Source of the DNA: Bdellovibrionota bacterium FG-1
GTDB lineage: Bacteria; Bdellovibrionota; UBA1018
Length of the DNA: 16,992 nucleotides
NCBI GenBank assembly: GCA_051382295.1
Contig: JBBCAW010000075.1
Location: forward strand, 1 to 16,992
Direction of reading: 5' to 3'
Below, one piece after another: positions 16,974 through 16,992 of the stretch. The notes below the pieces were generated by a model. The model saw only the letters and a list, made by a program, of their open reading frames with translations. It was not told the DNA's origin and made no database searches. Made by a program: the position numbers and the translations under genes. The first letter of the stretch is position 1. Each line of letters begins with the position of its first letter.

Positions 16974-16992
16974 TGGCCACGACGCAATATAG

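Noticed and set aside
1..16992. CRISPR array, tRNA or rRNA genes
   Set aside because: No regularly spaced direct repeats or tRNA/rRNA-like sequence were seen, and the intergenic spaces are short and otherwise explained.

Overview
Bacterial accessory DNA made of three joined blocks. (1) 1-8791 is a defence island. It opens with the left end and first 13 codons of an IS200/IS605 (Y1 TnpA) element on the minus strand, inserted into a type III-like adenine methyltransferase (mod) gene. An intact-looking Sir2-HerA anti-phage pair follows, then a 1145-aa TM0106-family nuclease / RNase H-like / SF1 helicase fusion. (2) 8823-9660 is a GC-rich, oppositely oriented DUF6908-like gene with its own terminator and a hairpin-dense leader. 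(3) 9665-16408 is a seven-gene operon in which every junction is a 4-bp start/stop overlap: EamA/DMT transporter, short radical SAM enzyme, orphan Liv-type periplasmic binding protein, an unannotated 37-aa ORF, sensor histidine kinase, sigma54 (NtrC-type) activator and GNAT acetyltransferase. A perfect TGAGAC-TATA-GTCTCA palindrome precedes it and a stand-alone ParB/Srx-like gene follows. The best novelty candidate is block 3, which looks like a self-contained make-export-sense circuit for a small molecule, architecturally reminiscent of LuxP/LuxQ/LuxO. That function is inference, not demonstrated. All family calls come from motif recognition by eye, with no database search.
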